NCBI GenBank assembly: GCA_965197565.1
Contig: CBDANK010000002.1
Span: 655,095-719,094 of the forward strand
Source of the DNA: Dehalococcoidia bacterium
GTDB taxonomy: Bacteria > Chloroflexota > Dehalococcoidia > Lucifugimonadales > UBA3495
Direction: 5' to 3'
DNA: 64,000 nucleotides
Positions 26,196-35,888 of the stretch are shown one piece after another. The notes under the pieces were generated by a model. The model was given only the letters and a program-made list of their open reading frames with translations. It made no database searches and was not told the origin of the DNA. Made by a program: the position numbers and the translations under genes. Each line of letters begins with the position of its first letter. The first letter of the stretch is position 1.

Positions 26196-27551
26196 TCAAC
26201 CTTCACCCAAAAGCCCGGTCAACTCCTTAAGGTCCTTGAGGGTGTCAAGGCCGCCCACCGCCGCAATCACCTGCCGGGTTCTTTCCTCGCCCAGGACCTC
26301 CTGAGCCAGGAAAGTGAACTTGCCGGTCAATTCTTCAGTAGAAGCCGGATTTCGGCTATCGCCGTACTGAACCGTGACGCTCTCCTTGATGATACGTCCG
26401 TCATTCAGTGACACGGTCACCCGGGAAACCGGATAATCATAGCTCCGCAGGTCCATCTTGGGGTCTGCTTCCAACTCCACTTTTTGGGCCAAGGCTTTGA
26501 CCCGTGGGTCTGCCACCCGGTCGGGGTAGAAAGCGGTAATGTCGGTGCTGCCGTGAACCAGCGACGCAGCTACGGCATAGGGGATGGAGAACTTGGCCGA
26601 CAGCATGTTCTTTGGCTCGGGGTCGGCCAGAATCGCGGCTATAGGCGGCGCTTCCACTTGGACGTGGGCGACGTCGCCGGCCTGAAATGCCTCCCGCCGC
26701 GCCATTGCCTGCACCGCGTCCAAGGCGGGGTGATTATAAAGGCAACATGCGTGCAGCTTGAAGTAGTTGCGTTGTATACGGTATCCGCCCGGTTCGCCCA
26801 AGCCGTCTAGCACCGCTTCCGCATCGAATCCATTGCCCAGGATGGCAGTGTAAAGGTCTCTTGGCCCGTCGGTGATTCCGGTAAAACCGCAGCGCACCAG
26901 ATGGGCTGCCAATATACCCTGAAACCCGGAGCGGCCAGGGTACAGGTTCCGTACCGTGGCCCCCTCTAGACAAGGGGTCCAAGAGTTGGCCGGGCTCATC
27001 GACATCGCCATATTCATAGCTTGGCGGGTCTCGCTAGCGTCAAACCCCAAAAGCTTGGCCGTTGCCGCCGCAGTGCCGATGGTGCCCCAAGTGCCGTGGG
27101 AGTGGATATCGGGCCGGGGAGTGGTGCCGCTGCCAATGCGAGATGTCACTTCATAACCGACAACCAGGCTTTCCAACAACTCCTTGCCGCCGGCCCCTTG
27201 TCCTTCGGCCACGGCGATGGCCCCCGGCGCCACATGAATCGACGGGTGCCCTCCACCCAGCCGGCTGCCTTCGTCCATTTCCAAAGCCACGCCGGCGGTG
27301 GCGTTGACCAGAGCAGCGAAGGGGGGCTGGACCTTGCCCCGGTGCCCGAATAGGGTGGCCGGACCGGCGTTGCTCATGCCCTGGGCTAGTTCAGCGAAAT
27401 TTGCGTTCTCCGGTAGCCGGCAGCCGGCCAAGACAGCGCCGATAGTGTCCAGCACCACCGTCTTGGCGGCGGACACTGTCGAACCATCCAAGTCTTCCAA
27501 GCTGGTCTCAGTAACGAATCGGGATAGCCGGTCCAAGTAGTCTTCTGCCAT
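26196..27551 (-). CDS. MmgE/PrpD family protein
   Basis: 451 aa from ATG 27551 (GGAGG 6 nt upstream). Typical PrpD-family length and segments (LDTIGAVLAGC, HPSIHVAPGA, HSHGTWGTIG). Confidence 0.85.
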   Translation of the reverse strand: MAEDYLDRLSRFVTETSLEDLDGSTVSAAKTVVLDTIGAVLAGCRLPENANFAELAQGMSNAGPATLFGHRGKVQPPFAALVNATAGVALEMDEGSRLGGGHPSIHVAPGAIAVAEGQGAGGKELLESLVVGYEVTSRIGSGTTPRPDIHSHGTWGTIGTAAATAKLLGFDASETRQAMNMAMSMSPANSWTPCLEGATVRNLYPGRSGFQGILAAHLVRCGFTGITDGPRDLYTAILGNGFDAEAVLDGLGEPGGYRIQRNYFKLHACCLYNHPALDAVQAMARREAFQAGDVAHVQVEAPPIAAILADPEPKNMLSAKFSIPYAVAASLVHGSTDITAFYPDRVADPRVKALAQKVELEADPKMDLRSYDYPVSRVTVSLNDGRIIKESVTVQYGDSRNPASTEELTGKFTFLAQEVLGEERTRQVIAAVGGLDTLKDLKELTGLLGEG

Positions 27552-27831
27552 GAGACCTCCAGATGCGGATGTTTTTAGCGGTCTGCTTATAGAGTGCTGC
27601 TTTGTTCTGGACTCTACGTTCTTAGGGGATTCTTGTCGAATATGGCCCATTGCTCCATACTTGAAACATCATGTGTCGGAAAGAAAGTCTCCCTTTCATC
27701 TTCCTAGCCAATTTGGGGAGGTCCATGCCGCTGGGCCGCAAGCTGGCGTTGCTTGTATCCAACAACCTTACCAAACTCCGGAGATGGCAGGGCTGCTGCG
27801 GCAATTACGGCCAGCCCGGTTGTTGAAGGAG

Positions 27832-28716
27832 TCACTCAACGCCGTCGGGGTCCGACGGCTGAGCGCCTTCGCCTCCAGAAAGCACTAGTCCCCGCCACCA
27901 GTGCCGGCCGCGCCCCCTTCGCTTTCGAACGAAGCCCAGCTTGGTTAGCTGAATACCAAAGTTTCGCTGGACCAGAGGCTCCTGCTCCGTAGCCAGGCAC
28001 CATTGCACGTAGTGGTCATACAGTTCCTTGGCCATGGCGTGGCCGTCCGGGTCCCTTACGCATTTATCCTGGATAAACGTCGCTACCGGTCCATCGCTGG
28101 CTGGGGGCATCGATAGCTGATTTTCCTGTATTGGCCCGGCCGGCGCGACGACGCCAACAGTGGGTCCAACATTTCTGGGAGCTTCCTTCAACCAGCCAAT
28201 GCAATATTCCAGTAGGTCCAGATACTTGACCAAGCCGCCGAAATCTTGCCAGGCCACTTCCTTCCCATCCAGGTATGAAGCATCTAAGACGAAAGATATG
28301 GGGCGAACTTCAAAACGTTGACGATAAGCCGGGGGACAACTCCATACCGGCGCCAGCATTCCTTGACTCAAGGTGTTGTAGAGAAGGAACAAGACACTTC
28401 GGGCGGCGCGCAAGTCTGGATCGGCTTCTTTTAGCGGCGGTCTCCGGAAGACCTGCTCCATTGTACCGTAGGTCTGCATCGCCGAAAAAGTAACCGCGCC
28501 GCGTACCTGGTTACTGATGCACCTGGCCAGGTCCTGATTGCCCCTCAGTTCTAGGGGATTGAATACCTCTACGATCATGCCGTTGTCAGTGGGCACGGCA
28601 ACCCGTCCCGTGGGCGCCTGAGCCGTGGTAATCAAGCCCTTCTTCGTCCCGGTCCATAGGGCCATAGCCAGTGCCAGGTTCTCCCACACCATCTTGACTT
28701 CACGCACAGGGTCCAC
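27832..28716 (-). CDS. hypothetical protein with C-terminal phage/plasmid primase-C-terminal-like winged-helix segment
   Basis: The last ~70 aa (FIQDKCVRDPDGHAMAKELYDHYVQWCLATEQEPLVQRNFGIQLTKLGFVRKRR) follow the pattern of P4/D5-type primase C-terminal regions. The N-terminal 220 aa are unassigned. Confidence 0.45.
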   Translation of the reverse strand: MDPVREVKMVWENLALAMALWTGTKKGLITTAQAPTGRVAVPTDNGMIVEVFNPLELRGNQDLARCISNQVRGAVTFSAMQTYGTMEQVFRRPPLKEADPDLRAARSVLFLLYNTLSQGMLAPVWSCPPAYRQRFEVRPISFVLDASYLDGKEVAWQDFGGLVKYLDLLEYCIGWLKEAPRNVGPTVGVVAPAGPIQENQLSMPPASDGPVATFIQDKCVRDPDGHAMAKELYDHYVQWCLATEQEPLVQRNFGIQLTKLGFVRKRRGRGRHWWRGLVLSGGEGAQPSDPDGVE

Positions 28717-28753
28717 AATCCACCCCTCCCGGTTGACTTTGTCATGGCCCGGT

Positions 28754-29722
28754 TTATTCGTTTAAGTTCATGACCACCTTGATGACATTGTCCTGCCGTT
28801 GCTCGTACATATCGTAGGCCGTCTGTACCTGGGAAAACCCGACCCGGTGGGTGATCAACGCCGCCGGGTCGCACCATCCCCGCTGACGCAACCCGACGAT
28901 CTCCTTGATATGGGACGTAGGATCGCCGCTGCGCGCCCCGGTAGTTGGAATGATCCGGGGCTGTTTCTCCATCAACAAATTGTGCTGAAGAGAAACGAAA
29001 TCATCGGTTTGCACCCCAAAGATGATGACGGTGCCGAACTGGCGCACCAACCGGAAGGACATGGCGAAAGTATCGGGGTAACCGGCCGCTTCAACCACAA
29101 TATCCGGGCCCAAGCCGCCGGTGATTTCATCCACCGCTTGGTCGATGTCGTCTTGATCGGGGTTTACTGTGTGGGTCGCTCCGAACTCCTTGGCTTTGGT
29201 CAGGCGGTAGTCCAAAAGGTCGGCGCCGATGACGTTTCGAGCCCCGGAGCGAGAGGTTATCATGGTGAAGCTTAGGCCAATGCTGCCTTGGCCCAACACC
29301 AGCACGTTCTTGCCCAACAGGTTGGGCATTTGTTGGCAGGAGTAAAGGACCGTACCGGAAGGCTGGCACATCACCCATTCGTCCAAGGGTCCTTCATCGG
29401 GCAGCGGAATCATCCTGTCCGGGCTGGACACGATGTACTCCACCAGTCCGCCGCTGCCTCTGGTGGGAATGACGATGGCCCGCTGGCCCTCTCTGAAGTC
29501 GTCGGTGCGGCTCTCCACCACCACTCCGGCCAACTCGTGGCAGGGCAACCCGGCCGTCATTGGATACTCCTCTTCAGGATGGACTTGGTATCCGTGGCGG
29601 ATGTCGCTTCCGCAAACCGATACCCGCTCCAGTTTAACCAGGCACTGGCCCTCGGATGCAGTGGGCATCTCCATATCCACAAACTCGAAGTGCTTTGGTC
29701 CTGCCAGCCTCGCTGCTTTCAT
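28754..29722 (-). CDS. zinc-dependent alcohol/polyol dehydrogenase (MDR family)
   Basis: VCGSDIRH, GHELAGVV and the Rossmann motif VLGQGSIGL. Confidence 0.85.
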   Translation of the reverse strand: MKAARLAGPKHFEFVDMEMPTASEGQCLVKLERVSVCGSDIRHGYQVHPEEEYPMTAGLPCHELAGVVVESRTDDFREGQRAIVIPTRGSGGLVEYIVSSPDRMIPLPDEGPLDEWVMCQPSGTVLYSCQQMPNLLGKNVLVLGQGSIGLSFTMITSRSGARNVIGADLLDYRLTKAKEFGATHTVNPDQDDIDQAVDEITGGLGPDIVVEAAGYPDTFAMSFRLVRQFGTVIIFGVQTDDFVSLQHNLLMEKQPRIIPTTGARSGDPTSHIKEIVGLRQRGWCDPAALITHRVGFSQVQTAYDMYEQRQDNVIKVVMNLNE

Positions 29723-29830
29723 CCGATAATTCGACTCCCAAGTTAGGATTCTCGGACCATCTTAATATGCGGCTGGACCTTCGGCAAGTGCGCTTCTTAT
29801 TCCAAGCAGGGTCTTTCTATTCTCGGAAGA

Positions 29831-29947
29831 GTCATTGCTATGAAAATAGGCGGCTTTCATCCTCTCATGTGGCCTTCGCAAGGCCATAGTCATTGTTATG
29901 AAAATCGCCTATTTTCATCCGCATACGTGGCCTTCACAAGGCCATCA
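29831..29947. repeat. two tandem C units (two-hairpin ~58-bp module)
   Basis: gtcattgYtatgaaaat..g....ttttcat......gtggccttc.caaggccat occurs twice, followed by gtcattctgagcc. The same module is at 23349..23406, with a partial reversed copy at 60470..60510. Confidence 0.6.
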
Positions 29948-29976
29948 GTCATTCTGAGCCGCAGGCGAAGAATCTA

Positions 29977-31386
29977 GTACTACAGTCGCAGATGTAGGGC
30001 AGGTAGAATAGGGGCATTCAACGAGTGGTGAGGTGAGGTGGTGATTGTTGTGAAAGATGAGGTGGCGGAGGTCGCCCGGTGGGCCGAGGGCATCGACCAA
30101 GTGCACCGGTGCATAGTGGGAAGATTCCGGCGACCGGAGCCGCGCCGCCGGGTTCTGGACTACCTGCGTGGTCTGCTCAGTGCAGTGGAGCGCAAGAACG
30201 GTTGGCAACTGGCGGAGCAAGCTGGCGACGCAACTCCCGACGGTGTGCGGCGCCTGTTGTACAACTACCGTTGGGACCCGGACCTGGTTCGCGATGACTT
30301 GAAAAACTACCTGATGGAGCATCTGGGCGACGCCGCTGGGGTTCTGGTGGTGGACGAGACCGGATTCCTCAAGAAAGGGGAGAAGTCGGTTGGGGTGCAG
30401 CGGCAGTACAGCGGGACGGCGGGACGGATCGAGAACTGTCAAATTGGCGTTTTCCTGGCCTATGCCAGTGCCAAGGGCAGAACCCTGCTGGACCGGGAAC
30501 TGTACCTGCCCCAGGTATGGGCGGAGGACTGGGAGCGGCGGCGGGAGGCCGGGGTGCCGGAGAGTGTCGGCTTTCGGACCAAGCCGCAACTGGCCCAGCT
30601 AATGCTGGAGCGGGCGCTGGCATCAGGAGTCCCCTTCGGCTGGGTTGCCGGAGCTGAGGTTTATGGCAAGGACCGCAACCTGCGGCTGTGGCTGGAGCGA
30701 GAGGGAATTCCCCAGGTGCTGGCCATCAGGAGCAACGAGAAGCTGTGGGCTTTGACCGACAAGGGTCCCCGTCAGGTGCGGGCTGACCGGCTAACGTCAC
30801 AGGTTGACGAGTTGGCTTGGACCAGGTGCAGCGCCGGCAACGGGGCCAAGGGTCCCCGGGTCTAGACTGGGCCTTGGTGGAGGTCCGGCCCCTGAGAGAG
30901 CCGGGGAAGGGCTACTGGCTGCTGGCCCGGCGCAGCATTGCCAAGCCCGGGGAGCTGGCTTACTACCTATGCTTCGGCCCGGCGGGAACGGCCTTGGAGG
31001 AACTGGTGAGGGTGGCTGGGACCCGGTGGGCCATCTGAGGAGTGTTTCGAGGAGGCCAAGGGACAGGTGGGACTGGACCAGTACGAGGTGCGGCGGTGGG
31101 ACGGCTGGTACCGGCACATCACCTTGGCGATGCTGGCGCAGGCGTATCTGTCCGTAATCAAGCATCAGGCCATGGAAGGGGTAGAAAAGGGGGCTATTAC
31201 GGTCCGGATGACGCACTGATTCCCATGACGGTCCCGGAGGTGCGCCGGCTGCTGACCCGCCTTGTATGGACCGAGAACCAACTGCCTGATTTCATCCTGT
31301 CCTGGTCCTGGTGGAGACGGCGCCGCCAAGCCAGAGCCCGGCAATGCCACTACAAACGCCGCTTGTCAAATCTGCGACTGTAGTAT
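29977..31386 (+). mobile_element. IS701-family insertion sequence, decayed
   Basis: 17-bp TIR gtactacagtcgcagat / atctgcgactgtagtat (16/17), with TA on both sides (29975..29976, 31387..31388). The transposase reading frame is broken three times. Confidence 0.75.
30038..31383 (+). pseudogene. IS701-family DDE transposase, three frameshifts
   Basis: Conserved IS701 blocks (VDETGFLKKGEKSVGVQRQYSGTAGRIENCQIGVFLAY; GPRV*(Y)DWA; [38 protein letters not shown]; IPMTVPEVRRLL...SWSWWRRRRQARARQCHYKRR) lie in three different frames. Breaks are at ~30863, ~31036 and ~31170-31200. Confidence 0.8.
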
Positions 31387-31388
31387 TA

Positions 31389-31534
31389 GGGCCTGTTGAC
31401 ACTACCAATTTCCTATATAGGGATTGGTAGCCCAGCCTCCCACAAAGGGCGCCTCTACAACCGGCGTGCTACGGGATTTCGTAGGGGCAACCCTTGTGGT
31501 TGCCCGGTCCTCAGCTATTAGTGTCAACAGGCCC
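31389..31534. mobile_element. 146-bp MITE family B, copy 2
   Basis: Perfect 16-bp TIR gggcctgttgacacta / tagtgtcaacaggccc, with TA on both sides. ~95% identical by eye to 7405..7550 and to the reverse complement of 43869..44014. Confidence 0.75.
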
Positions 31535-31768
31535 TAAAGCCCTTCAGCAAGAACCACAGTCCGAGTATCTAAGAAAGGAAATGCAGTCAAGGACTTTAGA
31601 CCCCTCGCGGAGTTTATCTTGAGTCTAGCCGAAAGGCTCGGGGTGACAATCGAAAGCCCCTGCTTATCCCAACCACAGCGCTTTCCTTGTGACCGGCTGC
31701 CTAACCGGTTATGATAAAGATCGTCGGCTCGTTGGAGCTTCCCTCCAGCCAAAGAGCGGAGAAATTCA

Positions 31769-33262
31769 TTGCCGCGAAAGTATGACGTAGTGGTGGTAGG
31801 CGCCGGAAATGCGGCCCTTAGCGCCGCCCTAGCCGCTAAAGAAATCTGCGGCTCTGTGCTGGTGGTGGAGAAAGCGCCTGAATACTTTCGGGGCGGCAAC
31901 ACCTACTTCACCGGCGGCATTATCCGCTTCGCTTTTGACGGCATCGAGGACATCAAGACCCTGATTCCGGATATGTCCGCAACGGAAGAAGCCTCTGTCG
32001 ATGTCGGCAGCTACACCCAGGACCAATTTTACGGCGACCTGATGCGGGTTACCCAAGGCTTATCGGACCCTGGGTTAGCCCAAACACTGGTCAGTCAGTC
32101 GCTTCCCACGATGCAATGGCTCAGGAGCAAGGGCGTCCGCTTTGTCCTCTCCTACGGGAGGCAGGCTTTCAAAGACGGCGGTAAGTACCGTTTCTGGGGC
32201 GGGCTGCTGGTGGAAGCGGTGGGAGCCGGAAAGGGGCTGTCCGACCAGCAGTTTCAAGCGGCGGATCAAGATGGAATCGAAGTCCGCTACTCGACCCAAG
32301 GAATGCGCCTGCTCCAAGACGATAACGGATCTATAAACGGTCTGCGAGTGTTGGGTCCCCAAGGGTTTGAGGACATCCCGGCTGGCTCGGTAGTCCTGGC
32401 CAGCGGCGGCTTCGAGGCCAATGCTGAAATGCGCTGCCGCTACCTGGGGCCCGGTTGGGAGCTGGTTAAGGTCAGGGGGATTCCTTACAACACCGGCGAC
32501 GGCATTCGCATGGCCTTGGAGGTGGGGGCTCAGGCCCACGGCCACTGGAGCGGCTGCCACGCCGTTGCTTGGGACATGAACGCTCCCCCCTTCGGCGACC
32601 GGACCATCACCGAGTTGTTCCAAAAACATTCCTATCCATTGGGCATAATCGTGAATCTGGACGGCAATCGGTTCTTGGATGAAGGGGCCGACTTCCGAAA
32701 TTACACCTACGTGACCTACGGGCGGGCTTTGCTAACCCAACCCCAAGGGCTTGGTTTCCAGATTTTCGACGAAAAAGTCAGGACCATGCTGCGGGACGAA
32801 TACCGCATCGACCAAGTGACCATGGCCCAAGCGGACACTATCGAAGAGCTGGCCGCCCGCCTGGATATAAACCCCGAGGGTCTCAGCCGAACGGCCAAAG
32901 AATACAATGCCGCTGTGCGAAGCGACGTCCCCTATAATCCGGCAGTGAAGGACGGTCTGGGCGCCCTGGGCATCGATCCGCCCAAGAGCAATTGGGCCCT
33001 GCCCATCGACAAGCCGCCTTACCTGGGCTACGCCGTCACCTGCGGAATCACCTTTACTTTCGGCGGGATCAAGATAAACAACCGTGGTCAAGTGGTGACC
33101 AACAGCCAGGAGCCTATCGCCGGTCTGTACGCCGCCGGCGAGATGGTGGGCGGTCTGTTTTACCACAACTATCCCGGCGGGTCCGGACTATCCGCCGGCA
33201 TGGTCTTTGGCCGCTTGGCCGGCAGCAGCGCCGCCTATGACGCCGCGGCTTTACAAGGCTGA
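31769..33262 (+). CDS. FAD-dependent oxidoreductase (TcuA / fumarate-reductase flavoprotein-like)
   Basis: YDVVVVGAGNAALSAALAAKE dinucleotide fold, C-terminal AAGEMVGG. TTG start. Confidence 0.8.
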   Translation: MPRKYDVVVVGAGNAALSAALAAKEICGSVLVVEKAPEYFRGGNTYFTGGIIRFAFDGIEDIKTLIPDMSATEEASVDVGSYTQDQFYGDLMRVTQGLSDPGLAQTLVSQSLPTMQWLRSKGVRFVLSYGRQAFKDGGKYRFWGGLLVEAVGAGKGLSDQQFQAADQDGIEVRYSTQGMRLLQDDNGSINGLRVLGPQGFEDIPAGSVVLASGGFEANAEMRCRYLGPGWELVKVRGIPYNTGDGIRMALEVGAQAHGHWSGCHAVAWDMNAPPFGDRTITELFQKHSYPLGIIVNLDGNRFLDEGADFRNYTYVTYGRALLTQPQGLGFQIFDEKVRTMLRDEYRIDQVTMAQADTIEELAARLDINPEGLSRTAKEYNAAVRSDVPYNPAVKDGLGALGIDPPKSNWALPIDKPPYLGYAVTCGITFTFGGIKINNRGQVVTNSQEPIAGLYAAGEMVGGLFYHNYPGGSGLSAGMVFGRLAGSSAAYDAAALQG

Positions 33263-33270
33263 CCCGAGCT

Positions 33271-34596
33271 TTGGAGCCGCCCACTAAAACCGCCGGCCCG
33301 GGCATTTATTACGGCTGGTACATCGTCGCCACCTGCTTATTCATTGCTTTCGCTACTGTGGGAGCCCGCAATGCCATGGGAATCTTCGTTATTCCCATGA
33401 GCGAGGAGTTCGGTTGGAGCCGGGGGACCATCTCCTTGGCCGGTGCTCTCGGGTTCCTAGTGAACGGTCTTGCCCAGCCCTTTTACGGCAGATGGTTCGA
33501 CCAGCGGGGCTCCAGCGTAATCGTTAGCAACCTGGTCATCGCGGCGGTTGCGACGATGCTCCTCAGCCTTACCTTTCACTTTCTGTTTCTTATTTTCCTG
33601 TTCGGGATAGTCAGTTCGATGGCGCTGAGCGGCGCGTCACTGAACAACACATCGGCCTTGCTGGCTAGGTGGTTCCGCCGCAAGCGGGCCACGGTCATCG
33701 GCCTAAATTCCGCCGGCGTGTCCATAGGCTCGTTGGTGCTGGTGCCCTTCGGAATTTACTTGATGCAAGCCACCAACTGGAGGATCACTTGGGCCGCATT
33801 GGGTCTAATTATCTTTACTGCGGTCCCTTTGGCCGTAATGTTCCTCCAAGACAGCCCGGCCAAGCGGGGGCTCCTTCCCGATGGAGACTCTGATCGCCCC
33901 GGGGAAGCGGGAGGAAACGCGGCCCGTCAGGCATTGCCGGCCCTGGATACGGAGAGGTGGAGCCAGTCCTACCGGTCTCTGCCAATATGGCAGGTGTCAA
34001 TGGGCTTATTCATTTGCGGCGCCACCACCTTCATCCTAAGCTTCCACTTCGTCGCTTTCGCTCAGGAAGATCGGGGTATCTCGCCGGGAATGGCTGGCGC
34101 CATGTTCGCTGTCATGGGAGGCATGAACGCCTTGGGCAGCATCGGCGCCGGGATGCTCTCCGACCGGTTTAGCCGGAAAAACCTGCTGGCCTTGGTGTAC
34201 TTCGCCAGAGGCACTGCTTACATGATATTGTTGGTCCCGCCTTTGTTGGGAATCCCCATTCTTTCCGGCGATACCGGGGTCTGGCTCTTCGCTTTTATCG
34301 CCGGTATTTCCTGGATCGCCACCAACCCCTTGAGCGTGTCCCTTACTGCGGATGTTTACGGCCTGCGGGCCTTGGGCACCATCACCGGCGTTACCTACGT
34401 TTTTCACCAAGTCGGAGGGGCCACTTCGGCCCTGCTGGCAGGCTACCTCAACGACTGGACCGGCAGCTACACCATACCCTTCTTGGCCGCCGGTTCAATG
34501 CTGTTCATTGCCTCCTTCACCGCTTTCACCATCAACGAGCGCAAATATTCCGTGCGCTACCAATCCCAGCCCGCCGCTGCTGCCGCCGGAAACTGA
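33271..34596 (+). CDS. MFS transporter
   Basis: 441 aa with ~12 hydrophobic helices and a central loop with a charged segment. Confidence 0.8.
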   Translation: MEPPTKTAGPGIYYGWYIVATCLFIAFATVGARNAMGIFVIPMSEEFGWSRGTISLAGALGFLVNGLAQPFYGRWFDQRGSSVIVSNLVIAAVATMLLSLTFHFLFLIFLFGIVSSMALSGASLNNTSALLARWFRRKRATVIGLNSAGVSIGSLVLVPFGIYLMQATNWRITWAALGLIIFTAVPLAVMFLQDSPAKRGLLPDGDSDRPGEAGGNAARQALPALDTERWSQSYRSLPIWQVSMGLFICGATTFILSFHFVAFAQEDRGISPGMAGAMFAVMGGMNALGSIGAGMLSDRFSRKNLLALVYFARGTAYMILLVPPLLGIPILSGDTGVWLFAFIAGISWIATNPLSVSLTADVYGLRALGTITGVTYVFHQVGGATSALLAGYLNDWTGSYTIPFLAAGSMLFIASFTAFTINERKYSVRYQSQPAAAAAGN

Positions 34597-34599
34597 CCC

Positions 34600-34842
34600 G
34601 TGAGCCCGTGGGCGGTCTTGTGGTCAGTAGCCCGGCACCACAGCGAGCCGGCCGACCCGGACTTGTTGGAATGGATCAAGGGCTTCCTTGACCATTTATT
34701 CCACTTGGGGCCGTGGACCATTGTGACGGTGCTGGCCCTCCTCATCCTGTTGATGCCTATTGCTATAATCACCGTCTATCTGGTGCAACAACGCCGCCGG
34801 TCGGGGGCAACCGCGACAAGGCCAAAACGGAAAGATGTCTGA
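34600..34842 (+). CDS. small membrane protein
   Basis: 80 aa with one strong TM helix (WTIVTVLALLILLMPIAIITVYLV), 3 nt after the MFS gene. GTG start. Confidence 0.4.
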   Translation: MSPWAVLWSVARHHSEPADPDLLEWIKGFLDHLFHLGPWTIVTVLALLILLMPIAIITVYLVQQRRRSGATATRPKRKDV

Positions 34843-35006
34843 GCTTCGGAACTTGCCCCTATGCCCAAGCGGGAGTAAAATTTGGTAGTTCTATCTATTC
34901 TCCAGCCTTGGGGCATGGGCCATAGCAGCAGCGGGTAGCCTTCGATGGGTCTTAACCCAATGCTGCGAGGCTAAATCTCACGAGGAAGGACACAGCGAGA
35001 GCAAAG

Positions 35007-35192
35007 ATGTTTGATAAACAGTCATTGGACAGTCTTTTCGATGAGCTACGGGACCAGTATGAGTTGGAGCCCGAGTGGGAGGACATCCAGAGGGATGCCC
35101 ATCTAGGCGTGGCCCGGTCCGATGCGGGAGTTTCTCTGGGCGACATCGATAGCAGGGTCATTACCGTTATCGAGAAACACCGACCAGATTAG
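35007..35192 (+). CDS. small acidic hypothetical protein
   Basis: 61-aa ORF behind GAGGAAGGA. No family recognised. Confidence 0.3.
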   Translation: MFDKQSLDSLFDELRDQYELEPEWEDIQRDAHLGVARSDAGVSLGDIDSRVITVIEKHRPD

Positions 35193-35240
35193 CTTTCCGG
35201 CCAAGCCCTTTCCCTAAACCTTTACCTCCTCCCGCTTTCT

Positions 35241-35451
35241 AAAGACCTTTGCGTAACTGGTCGTTCAACTTGTCATTCCGACCGGAGGGAGGAATCTAAG
35301 GCGTTGGGCCAGAGTCGTCGCGTCGGTCCAGCTACAGACCTAGTGCTTGCTGACATAGGTTTGAGATTCCTCACGGAGTTTATCCTGAGCGCAGCCGAAG
35401 GGCTTCGCTGCGTTCGGAATGACAGGGGTGGGGGGTTATGCAAAGGTCTCT
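35241..35451. repeat. MITE-like element family A, copy 3 (reverse orientation, no nested elements)
   Basis: Termini aagacctttgcgtaac / gttatgcaaaggtctct, flanked by tttcta on both sides. This is the most compact copy (~211 bp). Confidence 0.65.
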
Positions 35452-35678
35452 TTTCTACGGGACTGTTTACTGCTGCCTCGGGGCGGTGCATAGAAACTAT
35501 CCCATAGACAATCGCCGCTGAGAATCAAGGCAAGGCGGGCTGTGCCAACGGCCCTAACCCTGTCTGGTGACGTGTGACCGCTTGACAGCCCCGATCACCG
35601 AAGCATAGCTTGGATGCAACAGGGACGACCCGACCCGCTGTTGGGCCGTCCCTTCACTATTTCAGGAGGTGATGGGGT

Positions 35679-35882
35679 TTGCGTTGCCGACGCTGCTTTT
35701 CCACGCGGTTGCTCAAGTTGGACAAGAAGTTGTCCAGAGATAATGATGTGTTCCGCTGCCAGGAATGCGGTTTCTTGTTTAGTCCCGCTGCTACCGACGC
35801 GATTGATTCAACCGGCCCCGGCGCAAAGGGTGAACGTTCCCGGACGGTCGCGGTCCGTTCCGACCACCAAGACCGGGATTAA
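35679..35882 (+). CDS. small zinc-ribbon protein in the position of a terminase small subunit
   Basis: TTG start 9 nt after AGGAGG. CRRC...18 aa...CQEC, then a basic/acidic tail. Ends 6 nt before terL. Confidence 0.45.
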   Translation: MRCRRCFSTRLLKLDKKLSRDNDVFRCQECGFLFSPAATDAIDSTGPGAKGERSRTVAVRSDHQDRD

Positions 35883-35888
35883 CCAGCG

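Larger units (their letters stand above)
29807..31662. mobile_element. composite: D-type MITE (reverse orientation) carrying two C units, an IS701-like element and a B element
   Basis: D termini cagggtctttctattctc (29807) and gtgacaatcgaaagcccctg (31662), flanked by cttattccaa / cttatcccaa (9/10 match). The interior is interrupted at 29831, 29977 and 31389. Confidence 0.6.
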
